From: a virus
Lineage: Duplodnaviria; Caudoviricetes
DNA length: 64,000 bases
Strand: one strand, 5' to 3'
IMG/VR virus record: IMGVR_UViG_3300028588_000015
Coordinates: 64,001 to 128,000 of that record
This document shows, one piece after another, positions 63,913 through 64,000 of the stretch. Within the stretch, counting starts at the first letter, position 1. The number at the start of each line of letters is the position of its first letter. Both the position numbers and the translations under genes were made by a program. The notes below the pieces were generated by a model. That model ran no database searches. It was not told where the DNA came from and was given only the letters and a program-made list of their open reading frames with translations.

Positions 63913-64000
63913 ATGGATAGGCATAGAACACTGTATCGCAACGAGCAGGTAGGTATTCTTCTGGTAGTTCCAGAGAAGACTTCGCCGACCACCGGCAAAA
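63913..64000 (+). CDS. hypothetical protein, 3'-truncated by window edge
   Basis: AAGGA RBS; open reading MDRHRTLYRNEQVGILLVVPEK... to the window end. Confidence 0.5.
   Translation, partial: MDRHRTLYRNEQVGILLVVPEKTSPTTGK

Noticed and set aside
1-64000. CRISPR arrays, DGR template/variable repeats, transposases, integrase
   Set aside because: No regularly spaced repeats, no reverse transcriptase and no mobile-element motifs seen. The only exact long repeat found is the 30-mer inside the 1953-aa gene.

Overview
64-kb segment of a phiKZ-like (nucleus-forming, Chimalliviridae-type) jumbo phage genome. The host is probably a GC-rich betaproteobacterium (inference from the Dcd sequence and codon bias). 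Every credible gene is on the + strand; the long - strand ORFs are antisense shadows. Left to right: (1) 1-7087, paralogous internal head/ejection proteins with S/A-x-E propeptide motifs, then four conserved virion genes; (2) 7194-20073, a host-recognition cassette of tail-fibre/adhesin-like genes (beta-helix, Ig-like, SwmB-like modules, a 1953-aa modular protein); (3) an ExoH-like acyltransferase-3 gene, a small exported protein and a ~420-nt hairpin-dense non-coding segment; (4) 23-64 kb, early/middle accessory genes including dTMP kinase, NADAR, an insertion-expanded ThyA, DHFR, an insertion-bearing dCTP deaminase, two BCS1-like membrane AAA ATPases, a SLOG protein, DUF4262, an RNA polymerase alpha-CTD-like protein and an orphan HigA-like antitoxin. 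The strongest novelty candidate is 36.3-38.6 kb: a QueC-like gene, a small ORF and a Tad1-like signal-sponge gene, followed by a ~600-nt ORF-free region that hand-folds into a large end-paired, pseudoknotted RNA with its own terminator. All family assignments come from motif recall and all folds were found by hand; no searches or folding programs were run. No tRNA, rRNA, CRISPR array or transposase was seen.
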